The notes: a model not told the origin generated them from the sequence alone. A stretch of 63,023 bases of DNA, filler included, from Octopus bimaculoides (GCF_001194135.2; 7 parts of 7 records of this genome joined end to end with filler, not necessarily neighbours in it), one strand, 5' to 3'. Shown: positions 50,001 through 63,023, numbered from the whole stretch's first letter. Made by a program: numbers and translations.

Positions 50001-50430
50001 ATACTGGCATGACGACTGTGCAGGCATTAGGGAAGGCTGTCTTGTGTCTGTTGATTGTGGTGGTCTTGCGCAGTGGTGTGCAAGGTTCCTTGTTTGTGCT
50101 TCATGTAGCCAGGTCAGCTGCTACACAATCCTTTGCACCATGCACAAAAAAGACTCTTGCTCAGTTGCTGAATTGCACATAGCATCTGAAGAGTGTACTG
50201 CTTTTGCATATAGTTTCTTTGGAGGGGATTGGTGCCACTTCCTCAATGAAGTATTTCTCCTTAAGGCCCCTGTAGTTTTGGTAGGATCTTGGGTGAGCAA
50301 ACCGGCAGTTTGTACCCTCTCCCCCATGCCAGCATTTGCCTTGTAAGTAAAATTTGCATATATATATATATATATATTTGCATAGGAGCTTATGAGAGGT
50401 AATGGTGTCAGTAAGACACACAAGGTGTCA
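47065..50430 (-). mobile_element. Near full-length degenerate CR1-like LINE (ORF1 remnant, APE endonuclease, RT)
   Basis: APE: IALVETHLSPDI..GVAVYI..NILDLCFTN..DHNII. RT: AGPDG..ICPIHKGGSR..PISLTS..DVIYLDFAKAVDKVDH..VLGPLLF. C-terminus GWILRTFRNR..YCSQLWSP..LSYWERLKQL. Confidence 0.9.
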
Positions 50431-50514
50431 GGTAATGCTGAGTAAGTGCTATGGATAGACCAGGTTCAGTGATTATGCAAATGAGTCCAACGTAGGTCAT
50501 ATATCAGCGTGTGT

Positions 50515-50819
50515 ATATATAAAATATTTTTTTCTCAGAATGAGATAAAAAACCAAGGCTGTGAAGATTTTAGAACATTTATACATAGAAGGTTGTACAG
50601 CTGTTTCCAGGATATTTACTATATCCCTTCATCGGAGACGGTGTGAGAAAATGGTTACGCAAAACCATTGCTTAACCATTTTTCACAGTGTCTCCGATGA
50701 AAGGATATAATAAATATCCAGGAAACATCTATAAGTCCTTCTATTTATAAATGTTCTAAAATATTCACAGCCTTGGTTTTTTTTATCTCATTCTGAAAAA
50801 AACAAATTTTTATATATAT
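50515..50819. repeat. About 305-bp palindrome (two arms of about 145 bp, 15-nt loop), family B
   Basis: ctcagaatgagataaaaaaccaaggctgtg..ggagacggtgtgagaaaatggtta [cgcaaaaccattgct] taaccatttttcacagtgtctcc..cacagccttggttttttttatctcattctga. Confidence 0.9.
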
Positions 50820-50849
50820 TTTTGTATATACGTATATATATTTATTTGT

Positions 50850-52753
50850 AGCCCATCAGGAATCAAGATACAGCAAGTAAGAGTGTGAAGACAAGGAAAG
50901 CCCCCCGGCCCATCAGGAATCACTGCAGAGATGCTCAAAATATCTAGCAGTATCGGCTATAGCCTAGTCACCCATATAGTTAACCAGGTGATACACGAAG
51001 GAGTNNNNNNNNNNAGTATCGGCTATAGCCTAGTCACCCATATAGTTAACCAGGTGATACACGAAGGAGTCATACTCAATGACTGGTGTAGCAGCACCAT
51101 AGTCAACTGCTACAAAGGTAAAGGTGACACCCTAGACACAAACAACTACAGAGGTATCAAGTTGTTGGATCAGGTAATGAAAGACATGGAGAGGGTCATA
51201 GCTCAACTAATTTGGGAGAGAGTCAGATTGGATGAGATGCAGTTTAGGTTCGTGCCAGGGAAAAGCACCACTGATGCTATATTTCTGGTGAGACAGCTGC
51301 AGGAGAAATACCTAGCGAAAGATAAACCTCTGTACCTGGCTTTCGTTGACATGGAGAAAGCCTCTGACAGGGTCCCCCGTTCCCTTATCTGGTGGTCAAT
51401 GAGGAAACTAGAAATAAAAGAAAGGCTAGTGAGAGCTGTGCGAGCCATGTACAGGGATGCTGTCAGTAAGGTGAGGGTTGGCAACGAGTCTAGTGAAGAA
51501 TTCCGGGTAGAGGTAGGGGCCCACCAAGGTTCGGTCCTCAGCCCCCTCCTATTTATCATAGTCTTCCAGGCAATAACACAGGAATTCAAGACAGCATGCC
51601 CCTGGGAGCTCCTCTATGCTGATGACCTTGCCCTAATTACTGAGTCACTATCAGAACCAGAGGAGAAGTTTCAGGTGTGGAAGCAAGGATTAAAATCGAA
51701 TGGCTTTAGAGTCAACCTAGCTAAAACCAAAGTCCTAATAAGTAGGAAGGTAGACAAACCACAAACTCCTTCAGGTAGGTGGCCCTGCTCAATCTGTAGA
51801 AAAGGTGTAGGTAGAAACTATATAAGATGTACCCAATGTAAGCTATGGACACATAAGAGGTGCAGCAATATCAAAGAGAGTCTAACTAGCAAGATAGTTT
51901 TTGTTTGTGGCAGATGCTCAGGAGCAATAAACACTGAAAATGTGCAGAAAACAACTTTGGCCACATTCCAGGGAGAAAAACTAGAAGTAGTTGATAGCTT
52001 CTGTTACCTAGGTGACCAAGTCAGTAGCAGGGGGACTGTGCGCTGAAAGTGTAGCTGCTAGAATAAGAATAGCCTGGGCAAAGTTCAGAGAGCTCTTACC
52101 TCTGCTGGTGACAAAGGGCCTCTTGCTCAGAGTAAAACGCAGACTATATGACGCATGTGTAAGAACAGCCATACTACATGGCAGTGAAACATGGGCCGTG
52201 ACTGCTGGGGCCGTGCGTAAGCTTGCAAGAAATGAAGCCAGTATGCTCCAATGGATGTGTAATGTCAGTGTGCATACTCGACAGTGTGTAAGTACCTTGA
52301 GAGAAAAGTTAGACCTAAGAAGTATCAGTTGTGGTGTGCAAGAGAGACGATTGCACTGGTATGGTCATGTGGTGAGAATGGATGAGGATAGCTGTGTGAA
52401 AAAGTGCCACATCCTAGCAATTGAGAGAACCTGTGGAAGAGGTAGATCCAGGAAGACCTGGAATGAGGTGGTGAAGCACGACCTTCGAACATTAGGTCTC
52501 ACCGAGGCAATGACTTCTGACCTAGACCTTTGGAAATATGCAGTGCGTGAGAAGAGTCTGCAAGCCAAGTGAGACCATAATCCGAGGCCTCTGCCAGGGG
52601 TGTAGCCAGCCCACTTATTCGTACCTTTACTTCATTGGACACTAAACTCTGCTTGCGAAGACCTGTTGAGGCAAGTGAAATTGAAATCAAACTAAATTCG
52701 ACGACTGGCACCCATGTCAACCTCTCCTTCATTGGACACTAAACTCTGCTTGC
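50850..52753 (+). mobile_element. RTE LINE, 5'-truncated, RT nearly continuous, with 3' UTR repeats
   Basis: KAPGPSGITAEMLK..CYKGKGDTLDTNNYRGIKLL..FVDMEKASDRVPR..GAHQGSVLSPLLF..LLYADDL..VNLAKTKVL; continues into a gap. Confidence 0.95.
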
Positions 52754-53732
52754 NNNNNNNNNNNNNNNNNNNNNNNNNNNNNNNNNNNNNNNNNNNNTTA
52801 ATTAATTAANNNNNNNNNNNNNNNNNNNNNNNNNNNNNNNNNNNNNNNNNNNNTATATATATATATCTTGAAAACTATATATTTGCATATACATTTGATT
52901 GTATGTATGTTTGTGTGTATTTATGTACATGTATATAAGAAGTAAATTAGAGGAAAATACACAGAATATGTGTGTATATGAGCATTTATTCTGTGTTAAT
53001 ACGATGAAATAATGTAATAATGTGCTACCACAAGAAACCTTTGTAGATTTCATCTGAATTCACTGTTAACACACAGAACAGAAAATGTAAATAGCTACCA
53101 NNNNNNNNNNATCTGAATTCACTGTTAACACACAGAACAGAAAATGTAAATAGCTACCATAGCGAAACGTGCTCTGACTTCAAGGTACTTTTAACCAATA
53201 TTAGCTATAGGTTATTGATACCAACCGCAAGTATTGATTATTTGCATTATTTGTTTTTTCTGATTTATGAATCAGACTCCTTTAAGAAAAAGTATTATTT
53301 ATTAACATCCAATTGTAAGTGTATTTACTTATAGTCTTAATTCTGTGCACCTTTTATTTAGGAATTTTAAATTTACCATAGAAAGTAAGTTTCCTTGCTA
53401 TTTTTTTTCACTATACGTAAATGTACCGTATACTAGCTGTTTCTCAATAATATTTCGATATAAATTTTACATGTATCGTTTAAATTTGTGTTTTTTTATG
53501 TATCGTTTAAATTAATGTTTTTTTATGTATCGTTTAAATTTGTGTTTTTTATGTTGTTAACTATTATGTAAATTTTTATCTAAGGATAATTGAACTGAAT
53601 TATTATGTTTCGCTGTTGCATTACTGGATACTTTTGAAGTCGATTGTGGAGTTCTTTTGTCATTGCCTTATTGAGCTACATTTTCCCTTGTTTCAAGCAA
53701 TTTAAAANNNNNNNNNNNNNNNNNNNNNNNNN

Positions 53733-55760
53733 CTTAACTCGGATACCAAAGCCAAAAACAAATCAGAAGACAAAAGCCCCATGATTTACGTAAAATTCTC
53801 AAAAGAATTTGTATTGACATCCAATAACCATTTACACTGCAGATTGTGCATCGTTGGTGTCAAATGTGATAAAAAGTATTTTGTTAAGTCGCATAGAATG
53901 AGGAAAAAACATCAAGACCTTCTTAAGTTGATTAGTAAAATTAAGCAACCACCTATCAAATCATTTGACGATCAAAGAGTATCTTGAGGCCGACATTCCT
54001 TCGCACAAGCTCACTTATTCAAGTTTGAGATATCTCGTTGCATCTATCAANNNNNNNNNNNNNNNNNNNNNNNNNNNNNNNNNNNNNNNNNNNNNNNNNN
54101 NNNNNNNNNNNNNNNNNNNNNNNNNNNNNNNNNNNNNNNNNNNNNNNNNNNNNNNNNNNNNNNNNNNNNNNNNNNNNNNNNNNNNNNNNNNNNNNNNNNN
54201 NNNNNNNNNNNNNNNNNNNNNNNNNNNNNNNNNNNNNNNNNNNNNNNNNNNNNNNNNNNNNNNNNNNNNNNNNNNNNNNNNNNNNNNNNNNNNNNNNNNN
54301 NNNNNNNNNNNNNNNNNNNNNNNNNNNNNNNNNNNNNNNNNNNNNNNNNNNNNNNNNNNNNNNNNNNNNNNNNNNNNNNNNNNNNNNNNNNNNNNNNNNN
54401 NNNNNNNNNNNNNNNNNNNNNNNNNNNNNNNNNNNNNNNNNNNNNNNNNNNNNNNNNNNNNNNNNNNNNNNNNNNNNNNNNNNNNNNNNNNNNNNNNNNN
54501 NNNNNNNNNNNNNNNNNNNNNNNNNNNNNNNNNNNNNNNNNNNNNNNNNNNNNNNNNNNNNNNNNNNNNNNNNNNNNNNNNNNNNNNNNNNNNNNNNNNN
54601 NNNNNNNNNNNNNNNNNNNNNNNNNNNNNNNNNNNNNNNNNNNNNNNNNNNNNNNNNNNNNNNNNNNNNNNNNNNNNNNNNNAGTGAGATCGATGACAAA
54701 AATTGTTAGTGTAGATATTGGTTCAGTTAAAAATCCTCAAAACATGTTCTTAATTGAATATTTACCACTTGAATTATCACTAACTGCCGCAGTCATCACT
54801 CAGATAATCGATGATTCACTTAAAAGTAATGGCGGTTCCAAGGGAAAATTTTTTCTGCTATCATTTTCTGATGCTGCTTGGTATATGGTAGCTGCTGGAG
54901 GAACATTGCAAGTTAAGTACTCTAAGCTCTTTAATGTGACCTGCTTCTCCCACCTACTGCACAACTNNNNNNNNNNNNNNNNNNNNNNNNNNNNNNNNNN
55001 NNNNNNNNNNNNNNNNNNNNNNNNNNNNNNNNNNNNNNNNNNNNNNNNNNNNNNNNNNNNNNNNNNNNNNNNNNNNNNNNNNNNNNNNNNNNNNNNNNNN
55101 NNNNNNNNNNNNNNNNNNNNNNNNNNNNNNNNNNNNNNNNNNNNNNNNNNNNNNNNNNNNNNNNNNNNNNNNNNNNNNNNNNNNNNNNNNNNNNNNNNNN
55201 NNNNNNNNNNNNNNNNNNNNNNNNNNNNNNNNNNNNNNNNNNNNNNNNNNNNNNNNNNNNNNNNNNNNNNNNNNNNNNNNNNNNNNNNNNNNNNNNNNNN
55301 NNNNNNNNNNNNNNNNNNNNNNNNNNNNNNNNNNNNNNNNNNNNNNNNNNNNNNNNNNNNNNNNNNNNNNNNNATGACCAACCTCACACAAATCTGCTTA
55401 AACTATCTGCAGTTAAAAGAATTGATTTTAAAAATTGTATCAACAACCTTCACCATATATGATGCTTACAAAAACCTCAAAGAATTGAAATTCAACAAAG
55501 ACCCATGTTGCATCATAAATTAGATTGATTTTAGATTCAATAAAAANNNNNNNNNNNNNNNNNNNNNNNNNNNNNNNNNNNNNNNNNNNNNNNNNNNNNN
55601 NNNNNNNNNNNNNNNNNNNNNNNNNNNNNNNNNNNNNNNNNNNNNNNNNNNNNNNNNNNNNNTATTTTTCCGATGCTGAAAAATGTCTTTCTAAAACAGG
55701 AATCTTTTGTCTACAAATATAAAGCATTATATATTGTACGATAATAAATTTCCACAATTA
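53733..55760 (+). mobile_element. hAT-superfamily transposase remnants (CGGBP1-related type)
   Basis: LHCRLC..CDKKYFVKSHR..KH (BED-like finger); ADIPSHKL; SDAAWYMVAAGGTLQVKYSKLFNVTCFSHLLHN (CxxH); SDAEKCLS. Heavily gapped. Confidence 0.75.
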
Positions 55761-58700
55761 TTACTTTTTAATTGCTTTGATAATACTCGTATATCAAAGT
55801 AATCAAAACTAGAGTGAACTCCCTAATGTTTATAGATTTATTAATAATAATATGATTAAAATGGGGTTAAAATTTGTCAATAAAGTTTTAAAATAAAGTT
55901 AAAATGTATGAAAATAAGCTTAAAATTAAACAATTTTTTACGTTAAACCTGTTATAGTAGATAGTACCTACCTGCTATAATAGAGTGTATAATTTTCCTC
56001 ATGAAATAGGAAATATTGACTTTACTCTTATCCGATAGTGCATCCATTTCGCTAAGCATGTNNNNNNNNNNTCGCTTGATTTTCAATTCGTTTTACGAAA
56101 CAGTTTAAGATATTGTAATTGAATGATGGCTTCAGTATCTTTGATGAGTGGACCCATCTTGATTTTGGGCTGAAAATATCAGTGCAGAAATATATTTCAA
56201 TATTTTATTTATTAATTATTTATGTCATGAAAATGTAATTAATAGCAAATTTTGTGGTGGGAAATGAAACGTAAATTATTGTTGATGTAATTGTTCTTTA
56301 GGAAACGTAAACTTTGCTTGATGTAATTGTTCTTTTGGTTCCTACGAACCCTGATCTAGCAGATCTAGGGTGAATATCAGTCAAGCTAGGAATATCCCAT
56401 ATAGAATCTTGGCTTNNNNNNNNNNNNNNNCTTAATTGTTGACATAAACCTAAGATTTTATTTAAACATAGTAAGCTACATGATCTTTCCCATCATTGAC
56501 TAAAGAGAAAAAGTTGGCAGCTTTATACTCCCATTATTAATATGAAGTGTACGAACTTATTTACTAATTCGCTCGGGCTACTGGAAATAAAAGCATTTTT
56601 CCAATAAATTATATGCAACCGTTGTTGTTGGCACTCCGTCGCTTACGACGTCGAGGGTNNNNNNNNNNNNNNNNNNNNNNNNNNNNNNNNNNNNNNNNNN
56701 NNNNNNNNNNNNNNNNNNNNNNNNNNNNNNNNNNNNNNNNNNNNNNNNNNNNNNNNNNNNNNNNNNNNNNNNNNNNNNNNNNNNNNNNNNNNNNNNNNNN
56801 NNNNNNNNNNNNNNNNNNNNNNNNNNNNNNNNNNNNNNNNNNNNNNNNNNNNNNNNNNNNNNNNNNNNNNNNNNNNNNNNNNNNNNNNNNNNNNNNNNNN
56901 NNNNNNNNNNNNNNNNNNNNNNNNNNNNNNNNNNNNNNNNNNNNNNNNNNNNNNNNNNNNNNNNNNNNNNNNNNNNNNNNNNNNNNNNNNNNNNNNNNNN
57001 NNNNNNNNNNNNNNNNNNNNNNNNNNNNNNNNNNNNNNNNNNNNNNNNNNNNNNNNNNNNNNNNNNNNNNNNNNNNNNNNNNNNNNNNNNNNNNNNNNNN
57101 NNNNNNNNNNNNNNNNNNNNNNNNNNNNNNNNNNNNNNNNNNNNNNNNNNNNNNNNNNNNNNNNNNNNNNNNNNNNNNNNNNNNNNNNNNNNNNNNNNNN
57201 NNNNNNNNNNNNNNNNNNNNNNNNNNNNNNNNNNNNNNNNNNNNNNNNNNNNNNNNNNNNNNNNNNNNNNTATGACCACGACTAGAATTTCTTTAATCAT
57301 AATAATGGCCTGCATGAATTCCAGTAAAGATTGGCTCTTTTCAGTAACCTTCAAAAACGCTCTGTCCAGTGCATTGATCCATTTCTTGCTTTTATACTAT
57401 CTCTATCATCTTTGCTTTCTTTGATGCTTCCAATTTAAGGTTTACCTTTTCAGATATTCCCATTAACCTTCTTAATATATAATCGACCATTCTCAGTTTA
57501 AATCACANNNNNNNNNNTTTGTTTTCCAATGGGTTCTTACTTGTATTTCGAGTGGAGATCTTTGTTGCACACGATTTCAGAATTTAGTACTTCACCTCTC
57601 GTAACAGACTATATCCTAGAAGAAAAGTGTCATATTTTAAAAATAAAATGAAGAAATCTCATCACCAATGCTTCAGTCTTTCGTGGAACTGTAGACCACA
57701 GGNNNNNNNNNNNNNNNNNNNNNNNNNNNNNNNNNNNNNNNNNNNNNNNNNNNNNNNNNNNNNNNNNNNNNNNNNNNNNNNNNNNNNNNNNNNNNNNNNN
57801 NNNNNNNNNNNNNNNNNNNNNNNNNNNNNNNNNNNNNNNNNNNNNNNNNNNNNNNNNNNNNNNNNNNNNNNAAAGTCCTTATAATGGATTTTCAGGCAAC
57901 CTCTTCGAAGGCTTCCACATTTCCATTCGTGGTAGTACAGAGCCATGGCAACAAGAAGTGGTCTCTTTTCAGATGACATGTCCTACCCAACGCAGCNNNN
58001 NNNNNNNNNNNNNNNNNNNNNNNNNNNNNNNNNNNNNNNNNNNNNNNNNNNNNNNNNNNNNNNNNNNNNNNNNNNNNNNNNNNNNNNNNNNNNNNNNNNN
58101 NNNNNNNNNNNNNNNNNNNNNNNNNNNNNNNNNNNNNNNNNNNNNNNNNNNNNNNNNNNNNNNNNNNNNNNNNNNNNNNNNNNNNNNNNNNNNNNNNNNN
58201 NNNNNNNNNNNNNNNNNNNNNNNNNNNNNNNNNNNNNNNNNNNNNNNNNNNNNNNNNNNNNNNNNNNNNNNNNNNNNNNNNNNNNNNNNNNNNNNNNNNN
58301 NNNNNNNNNNNNNNNNNNNNNNNNNNNNNNNNNNNNNNNNNNNNNNNNNNNNNNNNNNNNNNNNNNNNNNNNNNNNNNNNNNNNNNNNNNNNNNNNNNNN
58401 NNNNNNNNNNNNNNNNNNNNNNNNNNNNNNNNNNNNNNNNNNNNNNNNNNNNNNNNNNNNNNNNNNNNNNNNNNNNNNNNNNNNNNNNNNNNNNNNNNNN
58501 NNNNNNNNNNNNNNNNNNNNNNNNNNNNNNNNNNNNNNNNNNNNNNNNNNNNNNNNNNNNNNNNNNNNNNNNNNNNNNNNNNNNNNNNNNNNNNNNNNNN
58601 NNNNNNNNNNNNNNNNNNNNNNNNNNNNNNNNNNNNNNNNNNNNNNNNNNNNNNNNNNNNNNNNNNNNNNNNNNNNNNNNNNNNNNNNNNNNNNNNNNNN

Positions 58701-59331
58701 NNNNNNNNNNNNNNNNNNNNNNNNNNNNNNNNNNNNNNNNNNNNNNNNNNNNNNNNNNNNNNNNNNNNNNNNNNNNNNNNNNNNNNNNNNNNACATACTC
58801 TAGTGCAGCCTTCAGCAAAATTCCTTCAAGACTTATTTATAGGATTACTTGGGAATGCTGTTAGACTAGTTTTCCTTGGTTTAGCAAGAAAATGGTAGTT
58901 ACAAGCCATTCCATTTTCGGCGGTAGAGCCTAACTTGTAGTTTCCGATGTTGCATATATTGCATTGCCTTACGAGAGATCCTAATACAATGCCCTGATAT
59001 TTATTTATTGAGTCATATAAATCCTCCTGGCGCATCTCTTGTCATCGAATAATTAGGTACAAAAAATAAGATACAGTTCGATTTCAGCAGAGCACATTTC
59101 ACTTTCATTAGCCTATCGGATTGAGCAACAGGAAGTGANNNNNNNNNNNNNNNNNNNNNNNNNNNNNNNNNNNNNNNNNNNNNNNNNNNNNNNNNNNNNN
59201 NNNNNNNNNNNNNNNNNNNNNNNNNNNNNNNNNNNNNNNNNNNNNNNNNNNNNNNNNNNNNNNNNNNNNNNNNNNNNNNNNNNNNNNNNNNNNNNNNNNN
59301 NNNNNNNNNNNNNNNNNNNNNNNNNNNNNNN

Positions 59332-59376
<45 letters not shown>

Positions 59377-60521
59377 ATAGTGCATATTTCATATATATCT
59401 GCTTGAATAAAAGCTTCCGAGGTGGTGCTCTAGCATGGCCGCAGTCCATGAAGCAAATATTTAGAAGNNNNNNNNNNGAGGTGGTGCTCTAGCATGGCCG
59501 CAGTCCATGAAGCAAATATTTAGAAGATAAAAGTAGTTAATTTGTTACATACCTCATCATCACACCACATCCTAACCAGGGGCGTAAAAATTTATACAGC
59601 GAATGTTTGTTCAGGTTTTGCAGACTTCCCAGTACATCCTTAAATGACAACAACACAAAATAGGTTAAACAAGTTACAAGAGAGAATTCTTTTTTACAAA
59701 ATGAAAAATATTGATTAACTCCANNNNNNNNNNNNNNNNNNNNNNNNNNNNNNNNNNNNNNNNNNNNNNNNNNNNNNNNNNNNNNNNNNNNNNNNNNNNN
59801 NNNNNNNNNNNNNNNCTGAGATCGTGTGCTGAAACAAAAACAATTGCAGCGTGGAAGGTGTTTGTTTATAAGCGATTTAAAAACATGTAAAAAACCGTTA
59901 AATTCACTTCAACATTTCAATTTAGTTTGTCAAAATATTTTCGTCGCTTTGAGACCGCGACCTGTNNNNNNNNNNNNNNNNNNNNNNNNNNNNNNNNNNN
60001 NNNNNNNNNNNNNNNNNNNNNNNNNNNNNNNNNNNNNNNNNNNNNNNNNNNNNNNNNNCACAATAACCCAGCGTCTTCCTACTATATCATCCAGTTAAAT
60101 AATATTTTGCAGTTGCAATTTTGTAGACAAAAACTAATAAGGAGCGTGCCGTATACACCCACATGCGCGCGTACACACACAAACAGACACATGTAGACAT
60201 ACNNNNNNNNNNNNNNNNNNNNNNNNNNNNNNNNNNNNNNNNNNNNNNNNNNNNNNNNNNNNNNNNNNNNNNNNNNNNNNNNNNNNNNNNNNNNNNNNNN
60301 NNNNNNNNNNNNNNNNNNNNNNNNNNNNNNNNNNNNNNNNNNNNNNNNNNNNNNNNNNNNNNNNNNNNNNNNNNNNNNNNNNNNNNNNNNNNNNNNNNNN
60401 NNNNNNNNNNNNNNNNNNNNNNNNNNNNNNNNNNNNNNNNNNNNNNNNNCGGCTCGCACGATATGATATAGACCGCCACTTGGGGGACGGGCTGCGTATA
60501 CAGATATTGAAGTAAGTTAAA

Positions 60522-61520
60522 ATGTCGAATCTTTCTAATTTCCAAAAGTGACAGATTGCTGGATCGCAGATGGATGATGTTTCTAAAACTGTTGAAGTAT
60601 TAAATGCTTCGCGAGGTACAGCCTCTAAAATCNNNNNNNNNNTAAAACTGTTGAAGTATTAAATGCTTCGCGAGGTACAGCCTCTAAAATCACGTTGGTA
60701 TTCCAAACACTAGTGCCCGTGCGAGCAGAAGAGACAACTCGGAANNNNNNNNNNAGAAGAGACAACTCGGAAGACCTTCAATCAGGTGGGAAGATGTTTC
60801 AAGACAAGTGCTTCAAATAACGTGGAGGAGAATGGCGAGAGCACGTGAGGGATGGACAGAATGCTGTGGCCAGCGGAACCGACTCGTCGCCAGACAGCCT
60901 GGCCGATCCAGGCGATTCAGATAATTCCAAAACTACAGTAAATTCTAACTTTAGCAAGCGTAATTCTGGATGGAACGCAAAGTACAGAGAGAGATCTTAG
61001 AATAGTAAAAAGAATTGTCTAAAATTTATTGAACTACAGTAGTAGAAATGACAGCAGAGCTAAACCACGACTTTGCCAACCCTCTGTCAACCAAAAGCGT
61101 TCGTAGTGAGATCCCTAAAGCTGGGTACTATGGGAGGGTCTGTAATCGCTGCACATTTCCTGTGATGCGGGAAAAATGGTATCTAGACTTTTAGACGTGG
61201 TCAATTCATCAATGGAACAATGTCATATCTTATTAATCATCAATCATCTTTTTCCCCACTTCGGGGCACATTTTCATCTGGAGAAAGCCGAGAAAAAGCA
61301 TTCGATTCTAACTTCTTAGTCCCTACTATGCAGCATGGAAGTGGCTTTTTAGATCTATATCACAAAGTTAAAACCAATAATTATGTGAACATTTTGGTTG
61401 ATCATGTCTCTCCTTTGGTACAAATATTACCTGATTGTAACGCAATCTTCCAGGACGACGATGCACCAATTCATACGGCTAATGGTATATAAAATAGTTC
61501 AAAGAGCTCAAAAATAATTA
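60522..61520 (+). mobile_element. Tc1-like transposase pseudogene
   Basis: MSNLSNFQK*QIAG..; ERDLRIVKRIV..EMTAELN..LSTKSVR; QWNNVI..FPTSGHIFIWRKP..LVPTMQHGSG; IFQDDDAPIHTA. Confidence 0.85.
60712..60923 (+). mobile_element. 3' end of a second RTE-like family inserted in the Tc1 element
   Basis: PCEQKRQLGRPSIRWED..WRRMARAREGW; duplication ATTCCAAA at 60700-60707 and 60924-60931. Confidence 0.65.
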
Positions 61521-62192
61521 AATCACTTACCTGAACATAATCATCTCTAAAGACAAAAATGACTGGCGAGGGACCGAACCATACGCACAGTATACCATTT
61601 TCCCGGTTTTCATCTGCGAATCGCATAAGTTTTTTATAAACTTCTGAAATATAAAAAAAATCTGAAGTTGATGAATGTATTTACAACACAAAGACGAAAT
61701 AATGTGTCAGGTACCTTTGGGCCTGCTCCAGAATGGTTCCTNNNNNNNNNNNNNNNNNNNNNNNNNNNNNNNNNNNNNNNNNNNNNNNNNNNNNNNNNNN
61801 NNNNNNNNNNNNNNNNNNNNNNNNNNNNNNNNNNNNNNNNNTTGTTACTTTTGTTGGTGTTACTACTATTGCTGTTGTTGTTATTGTTGTTCCTTTTAAG
61901 CAGCTGACCATGTACTTCAGATTTGCTAGACTACAACATCAATACACGTCACTTTGAATGGTACATATACAGGTCATGACAGATTAGAGGATTAGCAAAT
62001 CCCCACTCTACACTCGAGAATTTGGTGGTTTGAAAATTAAGTTACTTAACGCTTCTGTCACAATAATCTTACCTATACAGGAATTGTCCACATTAAGCTT
62101 AAACGATCAACAATGAGCACCAATGAAAAATTCAGCAACTATGCCAGTACCTTTGTTATCAAGTTAATATCTCACTTTATATTATGTTTCAT

Positions 62193-62556
62193 ATCATCAT
62201 CATCATCATCGTCGTTTAACGTCCACTTATCATGCTAGCATGGGTTGGAAGATTTGACTGAGGACTGGTGAGACCAGATGGCTACACCAGGCTCCAATCT
62301 GATTTGGCAGAGTTTCTACGGCTGGATGCCCTTCCTAACGCCAACCACTCAGAAAGTGTAGTGGGTGCTTTTATGTGTCACCCGCACGAAGGCCAGTCAG
62401 GCGGTACTGGCAACGGCCATGCTCAAGATGGTGTATTTTATGTGCCACCTGCACAAGAGCCAGTCCAGGGGCACTGGCAATGATCTCGCTCAAAAATCCT
62501 ACGAAGGCCAGTCAGGCGGTACTGGTAACAGCCACGCTCAAAATGGTGTATTTTCA
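62193..62556 (-). mobile_element. RTE 3' UTR/tail fragment
   Basis: (CAT)n then gtttaacgtccac..ctggatgcccttcctaacgccaacc; unit acgaaggccagtcaggcggtactgg..ggtgtatttt occurs twice. Confidence 0.85.
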
Positions 62557-63023
62557 TAGTCTGAAGAAAATGTTGTGTTGCTAAACCTTTGAGCCTTTGA
62601 CTACCATTTCTAGTAATCCAGACTTCACATGATGGTAAGACAAGACCAAGTTGTCAGCTATTACTGCTGTTTTTGTTTTCATAGTTTACATTCACATAAA
62701 ACTTCAATGTGTATTGACCCTGCAGTATACACTCTCTGATGTAACAGTTGGTTGCATGAGAAGCAGTATAACATTGAGAACATGTGTAATTGTTTAATGT
62801 GGTAGAAGATTCATTGTGTAGCACTGTAGCACATAATATGGCAGGGAAGATATGCTGCATGGGATGTAGTGTGCAATGGAGAACATCATATAAGTTGTAG
62901 TATGTTAATGAGGACATGTGTATTGTGAAGTGTACCACTCTTAATCTGTCTCCTCCCTATTTAACACCACTGTCTGGTCTGTGGTTGCCTTAAGTGTTGA
63001 AACTAAAGTCTCAATACTTTCCT

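Noticed and set aside
57892-59035. Possible exons (plus 57897-57996 NLFEGFHISIRGSTEPWQQ..; minus ORF 58826-59035)
   Set aside because: Cut by gaps, with no paired splice sites or recognisable family.

Overview
AT-rich, microsatellite- and transposon-dense eukaryotic scaffold with many N gaps. The SINE/LINE families and gap style suggest an octopod cephalopod assembly (inference). There is no CRISPR, rRNA or prokaryotic content. The ORF track is mostly artefact (N gaps, microsatellites) or decayed transposon. Real host content: (i) five minus-strand spliced exons (28430-28288, 24896-24824, 23438-23328, 23139-23015, 7787-7607) that join in phase into a 211-aa N-terminus resembling CCDC162/C6orf183 (DUF4549); (ii) an intact tRNA-Gly(GCC) at 4265-4335; (iii) one candidate plus-strand coiled-coil exon at 673-790. 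Mobile elements include R4/Dong-like, RTE, CR1 and Penelope-like retroelements, two Ty3/Gypsy elements, mariner, Tc1, pogo and hAT transposons, MITEs and several SINE families. The best lead is a non-coding retroelement family of about 500 bp with terminal redundancy. It has two target-site-duplicated insertions (12968-13776, 18996-19598) plus a fragment, and it carries a minimal type I hammerhead ribozyme: canonical at 13113-13173, with a homologue showing compensatory stem II changes at 19144-19203. A second, head-to-head palindromic family (5729-6149, 50515-50819) carries a non-canonical hammerhead-like motif. All family assignments are by eye and from recalled motifs; no searches were run.
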